Below are positions 24,955 to 39,268 of a stretch of 64,000 nucleotides of DNA, in pieces (position 1 is the stretch's first letter; every line of letters begins with the position of its first letter). Source of the DNA: Marsupella aquatica (lineage: Eukaryota; Plantae; Marchantiophyta). The notes beneath the pieces were generated by a model, which was not told the DNA's origin, did no database searches, and saw only the letters and a list, made by a program, of their open reading frames with translations. The position numbers and the translations under genes were made by a program. Location: the NCBI GenBank assembly GCA_973895155.1, contig OZ316894.1:12130828-12194827 (forward strand), given 5' to 3'.

Positions 24955-27900
24955 CTAAGTTACTTGACTCGCACATTTTGAGCAATACCAGTCCTCATCA
25001 GGCACCTCGTGTAATGGAGGTGTACAGCACTGAATGTGCATGGCAACACCACATCCCTTACCTTCACCGGGTCCGCACAACAGCATCACGTCTTCGCCAT
25101 CTAAGCTACCACAAACAGAGCAGCGAACATCATCATTCTCAAGCTCAGTTGTTCCAGCTTGTTGGGCCTTCTGATTATGTTGAAAGTTCCGACGTTGAAG
25201 ACTGGGGCGCCGGATGCCGAATTGGGCGATATCAGCGTGATGCTGTTGTGCAGCCTTTTCAGTCCCGTATAATATATACTCTTCAAGGGACGAGGATGGA
25301 TGACACACCAAGTTAACTAAGTACTCAGACAACACGCAGGCAACTTCATGTTCCAAAAACTCTTGTACAAACGCATCTTCTTTGGGTATTCCCGGGCTGA
25401 TGACTGCAAAGTTCACCCCATCTGCTAAGTGCCGAGTATATGGTGGAGCTGTTGCTAACACCAACCCACCACCAGCCTTTATAGCTCGTTTCATAGTGTC
25501 CTGAACAGAAAATTACCACAAAACTATGTCTCAGACAAAGATGACTCGCGCTTTTGGACGTGTGGAAACTGCCATTTAAATTTTGCAGATATAACAACTG
25601 ATCGAACAGCGAATGCACAACCAACAAGACGCATTGAAGGGCATAATCACAAAACCTACGAGAAGCTCGGAAGCTCAGCAACCATACCAGAGGGGGTGAA
25701 ATACATTCGCCATGAAAAAGTACTCGTAGCCCATGGAAAGCACCGACCCCTGAGGTGGCCACCGACATGCGCCACTTTCTTGGAGCCTCAAGGCTGATGC
25801 TCCCTTTGTCGTTGGTGCCCTCGCCATACCACTCAGAGGCTTCCTCCTCCAGGAACTTTCCAGCTTTCCTACTCGCTTCCAAGTAATCCGGCTTAAGGAT
25901 CCATCTTAACACATACCCGGAGATACACATATTTAGGAGAAAACAGAAATTAAGAAAAAAACTAGCAATATCCCCAAGGGGGTGTTATACATGAACCCTA
26001 CACATTAGTCCAGACTACTCAGGATACCGCAGCCGCAATTAGCAAACCTCTTCAAAAGATCATCGATAGCATTAAAGAAACCACGAAAGTTAGACCATAC
26101 GCGCCATATTGGCCAGTGCTGACTTCGACTACGGCAAAGAGAATGCGTTCTTTTAATGCCCGAGAACAAGGAGTGTAGAGGCATTTAAATGAGAAGAAAA
26201 GCCTACAAACTGAAGGTTGAATCTTCTATCAACCTCAAATAATCAACAGGGGCATGAACAAATTTGCCAAGTCAACACTAAGTTCAACGCCCTTGACCTA
26301 CTGTTTATGATTAGACTCGTATAAGCATGTGCGTTCCAAGTCGTATCATGTGGACACATGGCTAGAATCCGACGATTCAAGTTCCAGACAACAGGAAACA
26401 TGGTGAAGTAGCACCCAGCAATGAATCCATACAACTCAACGGTACAGGATTTGAAGTTCATCCATGATTCAATTCTACAATCCTTACATAGAAGAAAAAT
26501 GAAATTGTTGCATGTACTGTTGCAGAAGCTAAAAGAGAAAAGCGATGATAATCAACTAACCTTCCTGCTGCTGCTCCAGCCAAAAACTTCTCTGTCCGCC
26601 GAAGGGGACCTGGAAGAATAACATGAGTTGCTTCATCCCTCCACTGGTAGCGACTCTTGCAAATTCTAGCTCCCATTATCTTTATTATAGAATGCAGTTT
26701 TGTCCTCTCATCTGTGGTGCCTCCCACAGCAAAGCACATCTTCGAGGGTTCTGAAGTAGACGCCTTTCTGCTTTCCGCGGTCTTTTTGGTTGTTGCATTC
26801 TTTCTGACTGCTGCCTTCTGCTGCATTATCTGGTCATCCTCGATGCCAATATGATTCTCTTTATCTTCGGCTGCGGGCTTCTTCTGTTGATTTCTTTTCT
26901 CTTTGTGTGAAGGGTTATAGCTTTGGGCAACCTGGGCTAGAGTTAGTGGACGGGCATTGTTACCACTGACATTGCTCTTCAGAGCTGTTTTCTTCTCTTT
27001 GGCGTTTGTTGTTTTGACGCTCTTTTCTACCTCCTGGTTGATAGATCGCACCTCACCGTCTGCGCCGTGTTCATCCACGTGGACTAAGTTTTCAGTCGAG
27101 GGGCCCTGTGCACCCTGTACATCGCGCATGACATGGTCTTCATCCACCAGGCCTAAGTTTTCAGTAGAGGGGCCCTGTGCACCCTGTTCATCGCACCTGA
27201 AATGGTCTGAGTCATTGCTAGAAATCTCCATCGCAGATGTTTCTATCCTAAAACCATTTTTTGGGTCACACTCATCCATTTCTTGAGGGAGCTCTTGGAC
27301 AGGGAGGCCAGGACCTGATAGAGATGCGACAATGTCCTGGTTGACATTGGATCCTGGCAAAGCTACGGGTTGCTGATTCAGAGCACTAACAGAATGAACA
27401 TTTTCTTCTAAAACACGATCGGCGAAAAGCTTCGCTTTGTCATCCCACGGACTACTATTTTCCAGAGGTGGCTCCTCCTTTCCCATGAACTGCCAACTTT
27501 GCCTGCGTTCGATTCCTGAACTATCAACATTTTCGTCTTCAGAAGCACCTTTGTGGTCTTCTACGACACTTGCAGTTTGCCTAGTTGTATGCTCTGTGGC
27601 GAAGTCCATCATTTCCATCTTCTGGCATGTTGTGGCAATGGCATCCTCTGGCTCACACATTTCGACAACAGGTAAGTGACTTTTAAATTCCACCTCTTCA
27701 TATGAAGTCCTGCCGCAAGAATGGTCACTTTCGTTCCCTTCGTCGACATAAAGATGGGTTGATTCATCTTCCTCGACATCAGGGACGGAGCTTCCGTTTC
27801 TATTGTCTGTTGCCGCATCTGTGACATCGAGAGAAAAGTCTCCAGCGGATGGTTTGGAGAAGGTACTCATCTGGTCCAGCCTTGTGATACCATTAGACCC

Positions 27901-30759
27901 GTCTGTAATCGGGTCAACCGCTGAACCAACAATTCTCATTTTGCCACTACTGGCTGGTGGAGACAAACTCTGACGGGATTTAGATTTGCTTTTATTCAAA
28001 TCATCATCTACAATTAGGTTCCCGTTCATTTCGTTCAGGAATTGAGCATGACCTGTGATGGTAGCATTATCGCAGGAAGACCTTTTCCCAGTGAACCTAT
28101 CTTGTGTCTCAACATTATCATCCTCTCCGGAGTCGTCGACAACGTTCTCTTGTGCTTTCAAAGTCTCTGCCTCCAATCCACTGCAAATTGCACAAAATCG
28201 GTTAAATAGCTTGTCTGCTATTGCAAAGACTCTCACGTCAAAAGATTAAAACGAAGGAAGGGGAACTTGTGTGCACAAAGGGCGAACTAACACAACAGCA
28301 GAAATGCAATTACTACAAAAACTCTCGTGCCCGTAACGGTTGACAAGCTTGAGTACGATAAAGATAATGCTTACCTTTGAGCGTAACCTGATTCGGGAAG
28401 CAATGTCCAGAAGTTTAAGCTGTTCCAATATCATTCAATAAATTGACGTCAGAGCCACAGAGCATACCGGCAAGCCATATTTGCCAGTAAGAACAGTAAA
28501 GACTTAAATGCTCAGATCCCTAGTCCTTTCTGAAAGAACGGGGGTGATAATATTTTAATATATCTATTCAAGCTGCTTTAACCGTGTCAGACAGAGACAC
28601 CCCGCCAAGCAAAGGCTCTTACGAATCTTCGAGCCAAAAATGATTGACCAACGCCATGTCCATCTTTTTTGCCAGCTCATATTTTTCACCTGCAAGAGTT
28701 ATGATCGAAACCAAAATTAGTTCTGACGATACGAATTCAGCAAGTGTAATTCGAAGGAAGGAATTATCTCTACCACGTGAAATTCAGAAAAATTAGCATC
28801 TTGTATGCACACTGCTCGAAGCGATCGATCCCTGCAGCATAGGTACAAAGCCTTGCAGAATACCAAGTGCATCTCTAGTATAACATGTTGGAAACATTTG
28901 GTGAAGAGAAACAAGCTTCACCTTCAAACTTGTAGCACACAAGATGAGTCACTTGGCTCCCAATAAGGGGTTTCGAGAATTTAGCCCCCATCATTTCCAC
29001 CATCCTCTGCAAAACATTCGACAATCAAATTTGCATCCCTTTAGCGTACCTCGTCTATGGCAGAGGAAACGAGCAGATGTTCAAGAGCAGTTCATCCGGA
29101 ATGGGGAAGAACCATGAAGTTGTTGGATGTACTAACCATTATGTTCTTTCGTGCTAACCCCTGATAGCCTGTTAGGCATATGCACAGCTTCTTACTCCCA
29201 TTAATTCCATCAACGTCCTTGAGCGGTCTGTACAACACCTGTATATAGTAAAGCACGTACGACACAGTCAAATCCAGGAAGTATAAGAGGTTTAAAGGTC
29301 CCCATGACGGTTCACAAGTAAAATGTATGACCAAACCTACTGTAACAAACAGTAATTGATCATTGAAACGTTTGAAAAGCGCAAAACTGCTGTCCACATT
29401 GATATACGTTGGGGTGCAAAGTAATGTACATGGCTGATGTCGGCCAAAGCATCAGTCTCCAAACAATCTGTGATCCAAAAATCTGTAACCAATGCTTTAC
29501 CATCCTTTCTTGCCTCGCAACAAATCGGATCGTTCTGCACCACAGTAAATCACGAGAGTATCTTGATCAGAAGTGCTGAAACTACTGACATCGCTTCATC
29601 GTGATGAAAAGACTACCTCATGTCACGTTATCAGACGAGTATCAAAGTCATCCATTACGGCAGAGAACTTCACGGCATAGAATAAACAGATAATCGATTT
29701 TCCACCGAAGAAAATAACGGTATTCTATGCTGTCTTACAAAAGCCAGAATTGTGTTGAATTTCTCTGATATAATTTGATTTTGAAGTCCAAAGCGCTCCA
29801 AATGAGTCAATGACCACAGAGCACATAGTGGCATATCTACGAGAAAGAATGTACAAAATCTACAAATCGTATCGCAGAGATGTGGCACAGAAGTAAACCC
29901 CATCATATCCGAACAATTTGCTGATGGATGAAGTGTCATAACAGATGGAAGTACACAGACAACTTGAGCAATGCAATGAATAGTTCAGTGGCTGTATCTC
30001 ATTCCGTGACTGGTAAAGTACTTACAGTACTTAAATGAGGGATTGATACTCTTACAATCAGATAATGAGGTTTAAGAAATTAAAACTCTTAATTACATAC
30101 AATGATTTAAATATCTAATTCTCGCAATCATTTGCCTGACGCTTTTTAAAAAAATTCAAGGGCTCCCTTCTCAAAGCAAGGATGTCTCCATCAATCATAG
30201 TAGGCCGAAGGATTTAAGAGACCTCTCATAGAAATATTTGCCAGACAAACGCACGAGCACAGATGTTTAGAGTGATTACCAGAGAAAAGTTGACAACCAC
30301 CACATGAGTGCAGCTCGAATCATATCGTTTCAAAATTTGACCGCCATTTTCCACAATTTCCTCTACAAACTGACCATAACGAAGCCGGATACCGTCAGTG
30401 AGAACGAACATGATTTCGACTCTCTCAACAAATCGAGGGAATTCTCTGAAATGAGAGAGAATTGGTTGTATGCTAGAGAAGACTGGAGCATACATATCAA
30501 AGTGGGTTGAAATACTTGGAAAGCTTGACAATACTTGCTAATTATCCTCGTGTGTATCATTTGACACCAGCAAGCTCTGGCGAAGGACGTCAAATCGCTT
30601 GTGGTACTATTATACAACCTCTAGTCACGGAATAAAATGACGACAAAATGACTGAAAAGGGCAGGGCTAAACCTGCTTCTCGACCTCTTCTTCAAACCCA
30701 GCAAGCACAAAACGCAGCCCGGAAAACAATCCTGCCTTTCTTCCTTTTCCTCCCATCAT
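24955..30759 (-). CDS. Multi-BRCT domain protein with C-terminal PHD finger (At4g02110-like, DNA damage/checkpoint scaffold), multi-exon
   Basis: Start MMGGKGRKAGLFSGLRFVLAGF at 30759. BRCT segments ENGG...CTHVVV, VTDFWITDCL, ICLTGYQG, MGAKFSKPL...THLVCYKF, VNHFWLEDS. Long acidic exon ~26560-28180, then ATHVI...RRTEKFLAGAAAG|RWILKPDYL and GAFHGLRVLFHG. PHD C-x2-C...C-x6-C...H-x2-C...WYC-x2-C. Confidence 0.9.
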
Positions 30760-31478
30760 GTTGCTGTTACCATTTGCTTGCAATAGCAATAGCCTTGTAG
30801 AGCAACGGAGACAATAGTCCCTGAAGTTAAGTGTTCTGAAAAGCTGATCTTCCAGAATAAGATAGACTTATCAGCGACCGTTAAGTAAGATTTCTTTTCC
30901 ACCGCCAAGCTTACACAAAACATCGCATCCCTGTACCGCAGGTTCCATCCCCATACCAAGTACCACGCCCTGTTCTCGGAACGACACTCGATGCCACCAC
31001 CGAGTCAAATGAATGAACCAAATCAATTATGAGATGCATCACCTAAGCTGATCACCCGGATCAATGGCCCCACTCCGCTTGAGCTCAAGTCGAAGAACCA
31101 ATACAGTGCGAGAACGCCGGCTACAATACTCTGCAATACTTTCATGAAATGCAATCCTGCATCAGAAACACAAAGGTAACATCCACCCGTAATCAAACAG
31201 CGCTGACCTAGCCTACACCACTCTCAACTCCTGTCTTCCGTCCTGAGCCTTCACATGAACTTTCACTGTCCTAATCCGTCACAGTAACCAAGCTTCATGA
31301 ATGGATCAAAACCCGTCTGTCTTGCTTCCTCTGCTCATCGCAACATCGGTGCCGCAGTAGGTTTTAATGTTCTCGCTTTCGCCTCTCGGAAGTCATCGGG
31401 CAAACGACTGGACGTCAAACAAAACTCGTCAACAACAACCTGTCTGTAATGTTAAGCAGGGACGAAGCCCCAGCGTTT

Positions 31479-31817
31479 CCTGACCACAAGCAATTCTGGC
31501 ATTGGGAGCTCTGTAGCATTCATTCGAGAAGAGTTAATCGTTCAACCTTGTATGAGAAATTGTCGAGAGAGGGTGTTGTGTCACGAGGAGGGCAGCAGAG
31601 TCAGGAACAGAGCAGAGAAGTACAGTAGAGCTCAACTCTGCGAACGAATCCTGACCACAAGCAATTCCAAACATTGGGAGCTCTAGAGAATTCCCTCAAG
31701 AAGAGAGAATTGTTCAACCTTGTACGACAAATTGTCGAGAGAGGGTGTTGTCTCACGAGGAGGGCAGAGTAAGGAACAGAGCAGAGAAGTGCTGTAGAGC
31801 TAAACCCTGCGAACGAA
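31479..31817. repeat. ~170-bp tandem duplication upstream of (or in the 5'UTR of) the BRCT gene
   Basis: CCTGACCACAAGCAATTC...CATTGGGAGCTCT...GTCGAGAGAGGGTGTTGT.TCACGAGGAGGGCAG...CTGCGAACGAA occurs twice. Confidence 0.85.
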
Positions 31818-32469
31818 GAATTGTGCTGAACGGAGTAAATAATAAGGCGCGAGTTGAAAGAGCCAACAGAGAGTGACACCGGCGCCTGTTTGAAAACAAA
31901 AGGCGGGTTCTCGTCTCTGCCATCCGATTTGTTTCATCCACCGCCCTCGTGTGTGACTCGCTACTGGACACAACGAATTACGAAGACACGTGCAGTAGTA
32001 CTTTTTTGTTATTTCTTTTTTATTTCAAAAGTAATTGGTCTTCGAAATTTTTACCCACTCATTTCTCGACAACGTTTTGATATGCAATGACAGCATGGTA
32101 CGAATGCTATAGCACGGAGCAAAATGTTCCCTCACCCCCTCCTCCCCTTAATTTCCAGGAATACCCCCCTGCCCATGCACACTAATTGCAGAACATTCTC
32201 ATTGGTTCAAGTCCAAAAATCATGTATTTTGAATATTGCGGAAACCTTGGAATACAGCTTACTTGGGCTCTAGCGGGTGTGAGAGTGAGTGCCCCTATTA
32301 CTCTCTTACCCCTGCCCATGCAACCCAGCCCTATAAACTTTTTCCAAGTTACAGAAAAAAGTTATCTAAATTTTAGTCAGGGGGAATTTGAGTTGAAATT
32401 CCAAGAATTACTTCTGTGCACCACCTTATAGCCCCTACTATATTTGAGAGATTTTCCTCTTTGCAGATA

Positions 32470-32928
32470 TAGCATGCTCATCATGAAACATGTTTGAGTT
32501 TGTGTCTTGCAGTGATTTGAAAATAAATAAAATATGAGAACATAACTAGAAGGATTGGTGCACAGTGACCAATGAAAAGTACAATCAAGGATGCTCTTAT
32601 GTGTGCACTTAATTCAATGTCCTCATAAATGACACTCATTTCAATAAAAACCATAAACTTAGGCAAGAAAGACATAAGGGGAACTTAAGATACAATGAGA
32701 ATCATTTCTCTCATTCATGAGAACGTTCATGTGGTGGAGCCCTTCATTTCATGTCTGATAAATCACACACATTAAAATTTATAAGGGGGCTGCCAAAATA
32801 AGTTCAAAATATTTTAGAATACTAAACATTAAAGGGGTTCATAAATTAATTAAAAATTTATATGATACACAGGCTGCCCCTTGATAAGGCACATTGAAAT
32901 AAAATTATATGACACCAAAACTGAAAGG
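32470..32928 (-). mobile_element. Non-coding interspersed element, copy A (459 bp), with 25-bp TSD
   Basis: Homologous to 61768-62250; flanked by TGAGAGATTTT(C/A)CTCTTTGCAGATA at 32445-32469 and 32929-32953. Strand is inferred from the shared terminus. Confidence 0.8.
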
Positions 32929-33586
32929 TGAGAGATTTTACTCTTTGCAGATACAAGAGGATTTTAAGGAGTGTCAAAGCAACCTCACAGGACATAAAAT
33001 GCTTTTATGGTCATATGGTCATGACAGTCTTGGCAATGAGCTACCAAAATACCAAAATATATGTACTCCATAAGGGTGGAGCCTGAACACTTTGGAGAAC
33101 TTTGATACTCCCTATTCATCCCGTAGGATTTCATATCTGAGAATCAATTGAAGAAACGGACCCTTGGGTTGCCACGAATAAATATCTGGTAGCAGTCCTC
33201 TTTCAAACGAACCTTCTTCTCTCATGAAATGTTCTGCACTGGTGTGGGGTCCCTCTCCCAGATCCCTTTTGTCATCATTCTCCAGAAATTCTCCAGAAAC
33301 TCCGCCCCATTCGTTCAGAGACTCTACCTTTCTCACATTCACATTGTGCACAGATTTGGCCCTTCTAATAATGCCAATTTCGGTGCTCACATGCAATTCG
33401 GACAAGAATGTCTTCCAAACCTCTTTACTGTGGTCGATCACTCTCTTGTTAGTACTGAGTCATTGGAAGTGCTGCCCAATAAGTACCTCGATCGATTCGT
33501 TTCTTCGGAGTGCATACAAGGTCACAACAGGAAATTGTAATCGTCTCGATCGGATAGCAGCAACAAGAGGCCGAATAGAAGAGGGA

Positions 33587-35051
33587 ATGGCGTCGTTGAA
33601 GGGCAAGGTGGCGCTAGTGACTGGAGGCTCCCGAGGGATTGGGAAAGAAATCGCTCTGGTGCTGGCAGGAGCCGGGGCTGCCGTGGTGGTGAATTACGCG
33701 GGCAACGAGGCAGCGGCGAACGAGACGGTGAGTCAGATCACAGCCACTGGGGCCAAAGCGATCGCCGTCAAGGGAGACGTGAGTAAAGCTGCAGACGTGC
33801 TAGCAGCGTTCGACAAGTCAGTGGAAGCGTTCGGTGCTGTGCATATCGTCGTGCATGTGGCCGGGATTTTGCTCGACAATTACCCTTTAATAGTTGACAC
33901 CACGGAGGAGGAGTGGGATCGCATCTTCACGACCAATGCAAAGGGAACCTTTCTTGTGGTCAAAGAAGCTGCCAAGCGGCTCGGCCCCGGTGGCAGGATC
34001 ATCACTACGAGCTCCAGCCTTGTGGGCACCTTACTCCCCCGTAAGGCTTTTTCGCCTATTCCTGCAGACTCCTCTGCTTCCTACTTGACTTCATCGTTTC
34101 ATCAAAGTAATTTGCTTAATGCGTTACAATCGTATAATCCACCCACCTACTTTATTATCTAGGCAGGCAGTAGAGCATAAGGTGAATCCAATTGCCTCAC
34201 CTCAGTCGAATGAAATGTCATCGGTCCAATCTTTCACACCCGTTGTTTCACATCAAGGCAGTCGGAAGGGCATTGCAATTGCGTTTCGTCATTCGAAGGA
34301 CCTTTCAGAATTGATGAGTTGTGTGATGGACAGTCCCTCAAGCAGTACAGTGGTGAAGTTGGGGTTGTCTAGATGGACGGGAGTGTCGATGTCCGTAAGA
34401 CATGTCACGTTATCAATGTCCTTCCGAGCATCTTGCCTTCAAGCGGTTCTGTAGCTAGACCAAGCGTTGATGAGTCATTTGATGGAGAGTCTCTGTAGCA
34501 AAATTCCTGAAGCAGAGTAGTATTGGAAGGGGGAGAGAGGTTTGGCTAAGAGGACAAAGTGCCGATATCAGTTACACATTCCACCATGTTGTTTTCCTAG
34601 CCGGGCCTTCGAGCCAAACATTTTCTAAGCTGAGACCAGCTCTGTGTCGTTTTTTGAGCATTATTGAGAGCTGGTGTATTTTGACAGTGAGTCGAAACCA
34701 TCCTAACTGACTTCACTTAAATCCCAAAATTGTGCTGACATTTTGATTGTAATGCCAGGCTATGGCTCATATTCTGCTAGCAAAGGTGCTGTGGAAGTTT
34801 TGACCAAGACTCTTGCCAGGGAGCTGAAGGGGAGAAAAATTACTGTGAACTGCGTAGCCCCTGGTGCAGTTGCCACTGAAATGTTTTTTAGGGGAAAGAC
34901 GCAGGAGCAGATTGATTTCGTGACGAAGCAGCCTCCTTTGGAACGACTTGGAGAGCCTAAAGACATTGCTGCTTTGACCCTGTTTCTGGCCAGTGATGCA
35001 TCAGAGTGGGTTAACGGGCAGGTGATTAGAGTGAATGGCGGTCTTGTATGA
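33587..35051 (+). CDS. Classical short-chain dehydrogenase/reductase (NADPH-dependent aldehyde reductase-like, At3g03980-type), copy 1; exons 33587-34040 and 34759-35051
   Basis: TGGSRGIG cofactor motif, VVVNY, catalytic Ser (TSSS), YSASK (YxxxK), VNCVAPG, PLERLG, WVNGQVIRVNGG; GT-AG intron keeps the frame. Confidence 0.93.
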
Positions 35052-36471
35052 TAGGATTGAGCTTTGCTGGTCGCAGGGATGGAGGGCAGGGACATTTAAG
35101 CACACAACTTAGTGCAGGAAACAGTAAAATTCGTCAGTTCGTCGAACAGAGGTGTCAATTTCAAGGAGCGTGTAATGTCGATGAAATCTTGCCTTAAGCC
35201 CAACCTTCTGGCAATTCTATTTCCGCTAGATTTAATTGTGGGAAAGGATTTATGAATATTGATCAGAACCTCTCACACTTCATCATGTAACATTCCCGCA
35301 CAAAGCAAGCAAAAAAAAAATTATATATATATTCAAACTGCCAAAAAACAGAGGACCTCAACCGGGAGACTCTCAACCGTGAGATATGATCTCTCAGGAA
35401 AAAGACCTAATAAGGGGGGGGGACAAGCGCGAGAACAAGACTGGAAGCTGAGGGTCGACAAAAGACTGTTTTAGTGAGCTTGAAGAGGGTCGACAAAGAC
35501 CCTGACTGTGGCTCATTAGAGATAAAACACAAGAAATATGAAAAGAAAAAGTTTATCAATGAGCTTGAAGGGACTATTTATGGAAAAGTTGGAACTCTTC
35601 ACTAGAGCAAATGATTCACTCCCAAGAAAACCAGTCAACCTACTTTGGTTGTTAGGCTAGTCCCAAGGCTCAGAGAAATCTCCAAACACCTAATCCAGTC
35701 TAGTATACTCTATTAGCAGTCAAGTGTAGACACCTTTCATGACCTACTACTGGAGTGAAGGCACTCTTGTGACGTAAAGATTTTCGTGACTTTTCTCTTT
35801 GTATATTTAAGTGCATTAATTCTCCATAATGCACCCCTTTTTTTGAGGAGGGGATTATACAAAACACCATAAATATAGTAAAAGTAAAAACTAAATATAG
35901 TTTTACCATAAAATTAATTAATTAAATTTAGTCAAGATCTCAAGATAATAACCAATGAAAGTGATACTAACAAAATATCTATGAATAGAATCTAATATAA
36001 CTAAAGAAGGTATATTTTTGGTAAATTCCATAGTAACCACTTCTTGGATGACCCTTTAATTTGAATTTTCTATTTCAGGGATTTTTTAATTTTTTTTGTT
36101 ATCGAAAAGTCACTCAAGTTTTTACGTACATTAATGTCCTAGTTACGGGCATTCTGAGAATAATACCCTCAAAACTTGGGCCACTGCCCTCGTTTTTCAG
36201 GGCATTATATCCCACAATGCCCTCTAACCAGGACATTATCCTATTCAGAAATGTGTTTGAGTAGGGGCATACATGGAGAGCCTGGGTCCAGGGCCTCGTT
36301 GTGCATCCGCACATACATTAAAACTAGTACTATTAATAACTAGCACAGCAACAACAATATAGCAGGAAGCGTAACTCCTCCAAGGGGCATGTGGACCCAG
36401 GATAGTTAAATGCTCACCCCAGTCGGAAGTTCCTTCCAAGCCTCCGTATGGACCCTAGTGACATGCTTGTT

Positions 36472-37666
36472 ACGGACACCCATTGGAAGTTCCTTCCAAA
36501 ATCCTTAACATCACATGCACTTGCATCACTACTTTTGGTCACAAACATGAAATTTATGTTTGCAACAACAAACATACAAACATGATGGTTCATGCCTGAC
36601 AAAAGGCAAGGAAAACTTAAACCCCAATTATTATAACAGTAAAACTACCCAACAAAAGGAAAGTAAAATTATAGTTACACACCAAGGCAGTAAAACAAAT
36701 CGCTCTTAGTTCTTTATGATCTTCCAGAACCTATGATATCCTTGTACTGGAATAAATCTGCCAACTTAAGGTTCATTGGAAAGTGAGCTAGGCCCATTGG
36801 AAAGCTCTTTCTAAAAAGTTCTAAAATGTTTGCACACAAAAGGGTTCATCTAGAGATGAATGAGAAATTAAAAATATTTTTAAAAGCTATCACGTTCATA
36901 TAAAAGCTTGCTAAAAAACATTTTTTAAGAAAATTTTAAATCCAATCTTTGAAAAACTTTTATAATTGATATTCAACAAAGTATTTAAATATTTTTGAAA
37001 ATATATTAAAAGGTTCAAGTGCTGTATTTTTAAACTAGTTCCAGGACCCCTTGGTTATGTAAGTTTGATGTTATTCAAATACTAAGTTAGAACACATGAA
37101 GAATTGCATATTGGAATATGTTTGAATATGGAGATGAGAGGACAAAAGGAGTAGATTATTCATGGAAGAAGTGCATGCACAACTTTCCCTGGTACTCCTA
37201 TGTCCATATGCTATAGACACCAACGTTTCTTCATTATATTCCTTTGGTATTCCTTTATCCATAGTAGTGAAAGAGTTTTTTTATGTTCTCTTGGTGTTCC
37301 TTTTTCCATAGTAACCAAATGGTTTCTTACAATACCTTGGTAAATGTTACTTCATGTTACTTCTACCCATGGTTATTCCACAGATTACTAATTAAATAGA
37401 AAACTCATACAATCTAGTGGAAAACACTGATATCTCAATCACAACCCATCCAAAGGTTATGTTCTTTTACCCCCTTTTCACCCCTTTCTTTGTTTATTTG
37501 AAAAATGTTATTTTTCAATTTTCAATTGTTTTTACAGTTACAACTAAGGTCTAACTGTTTTTCTTTGACTTGTTTCAAACACACATAGTCTTGTTTGTGA
37601 CCAATAGTGTTGATGTGACTGCACGTGCTTCCAGGGATTTTGGAAGGAACTTCCCATGGGGTCCAT
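36472..37666. mobile_element. AT-rich non-autonomous element bounded by ~95-bp diverged inverted repeats (putative DNA transposon derivative)
   Basis: 36472-36568 (GGAAGTTCCTTCCAAAATCC...TGGTCACAAAC) matches the reverse complement of 37571-37666 (GTTTGTGACCA...GGATTTTGGAAGGAACTTCC). TSD not identified. Confidence 0.55.
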
Positions 37667-38557
37667 AATTATTTCTTCAATTGTTTTGTTTTGTTTGCAC
37701 ATGTTTTATGTGTTTTATACTAAGTGATTCCCAGGATCAAGGGAAGGTACTGACATTGAAAAGTTAGTAGTCACATGTAATCTGAGGTGTTTACACAGGA
37801 CTACTCAGTAACTTAAGTAGTTACTAATACAGCTCAATGCAAAAATATATATCTCTAGATTCCATTTAACTTTTTTACTTTGAAACAATGTATACCACTC
37901 ATAAAGCAATAATGAAATCAAATTACTTGGAATATTCCTACAAGATACGTGATATAAATATACTCTATTAAGAGAACTAGCCCCAACTACCTGTTCTTTG
38001 AACATGAATAGAATTGAGGACAATAAAGCCATGGTACATCTCATCATTTTAACATACACCATTCTCTCCCTGCACATCCATTTTCCATGCACATAAATTT
38101 TGGTGTGACCTTATTATTCTCTCCTTGCACATTTTTTTTGTGTGCACATACATTTTGGTGGGGCCCTAGAGTTATGGTCTAGAGGCTTCACTCTAGAAGC
38201 CTAGACCCCACCTCTAGCTTGGAGTTCGTGCTTTATAACTAAGATATTCCCTCTTAGGAGCATCACAAATAATAGTACTGTAGTCTTTCATTATCTGAGA
38301 AATAGCCTGATTACCCCTTCCTTTAAGATAAATAAAGATGAGGAGAGAATCATGTTGTAGGTACAAGGATTCGATGCTATTCCTTAGTCGCCCCACTCTC
38401 CTTTCACTTCTTTCTAGAGTTAGAGTCAGAGTCTAGGGGCCCAAGGAGTAACTTTTGATTGCACTTTATTAGGGTGGCTTTACAAGACATTGGTGACACT
38501 TTCAACCTTTTTGATTTTGCCTTGAAAGTCGAAAGCATGCCCATCCAACAGAGGATC

Positions 38558-38717
38558 GACGTCCTGCTCTGGACATGCAATTTTACGTAGGGTAGCCATA
38601 AGGGGACTATACCCGGGGATCCAACAGGTCCCAGACCAGGAGGGAGAGAGGGTTGAACCAGGGCCCGATAGACGTCTTGCTCTGGACATGCAATTTTATG
38701 TAGGGTAGCCACAAGGG
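38558..38717. repeat. ~112-bp tandem repeat whose second unit is split by the copia (continues at 47149-47210)
   Basis: GACGTC.TGCTCTGGACATGCAATTTTA.GTAGGGTAGCCA.AAGGG occurs twice; GGTCCCAGACCAGGAGGGA.AGAGGGTTGAACCAGG occurs before and after the element. Confidence 0.85.
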
Positions 38718-39268
38718 TGTTGAGCATAGACGACATTCGCAACGGCAAGCTCATGAACCATCCAACGCACAATAGTCGACACAGAGAGATACGTGGTTCA
38801 CCTCCACATGAGGCTACGTCCACGGGAACACACAAGAGCTTTACTGCACTCTAGGCCGACCGGCCATACCAAGCATCCACAGCACAAGCTCTCCCTATCT
38901 CTCAACTAGCTCCGTAACAATGAGCCTAAGTTCCACCAGGGTCTGGCATCAGCCCTGGCTATATGCACAACAGCACTACCGCTAACCTTAGCTAGGTCCT
39001 AACCCAAGTTAGCCTAACTGTGGTTAGCACAAGAGTCACAAGACTAGAGCAATATTTAACAAACTCCCCCTTAACTCTTGTCCTGGGGACTGGACTAAAT
39101 GCTACCATATGGAATCCTCAGCGGGAAGTTCTAGACAATCACCAAACCAGGTTTCCCCCTAAAAACCACAAGGGTTAACTAAGGGTTAACTAGAACTAAG
39201 CCGTAGCCTAACAGGAATGAGTAATCCATATACAAATAGTCACACATTGCTAAATAACTCTACTTGCA

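Noticed and set aside
24840-25316. Plus-strand 158-aa ORF
   Set aside because: Antisense shadow of the PHD exon.
33224-33586. 121-aa N-terminal extension (possible transit peptide) on SDR copy 1
   Set aside because: The homologous region of copy 2 is not open in frame with its ATG; most likely UTR or promoter.
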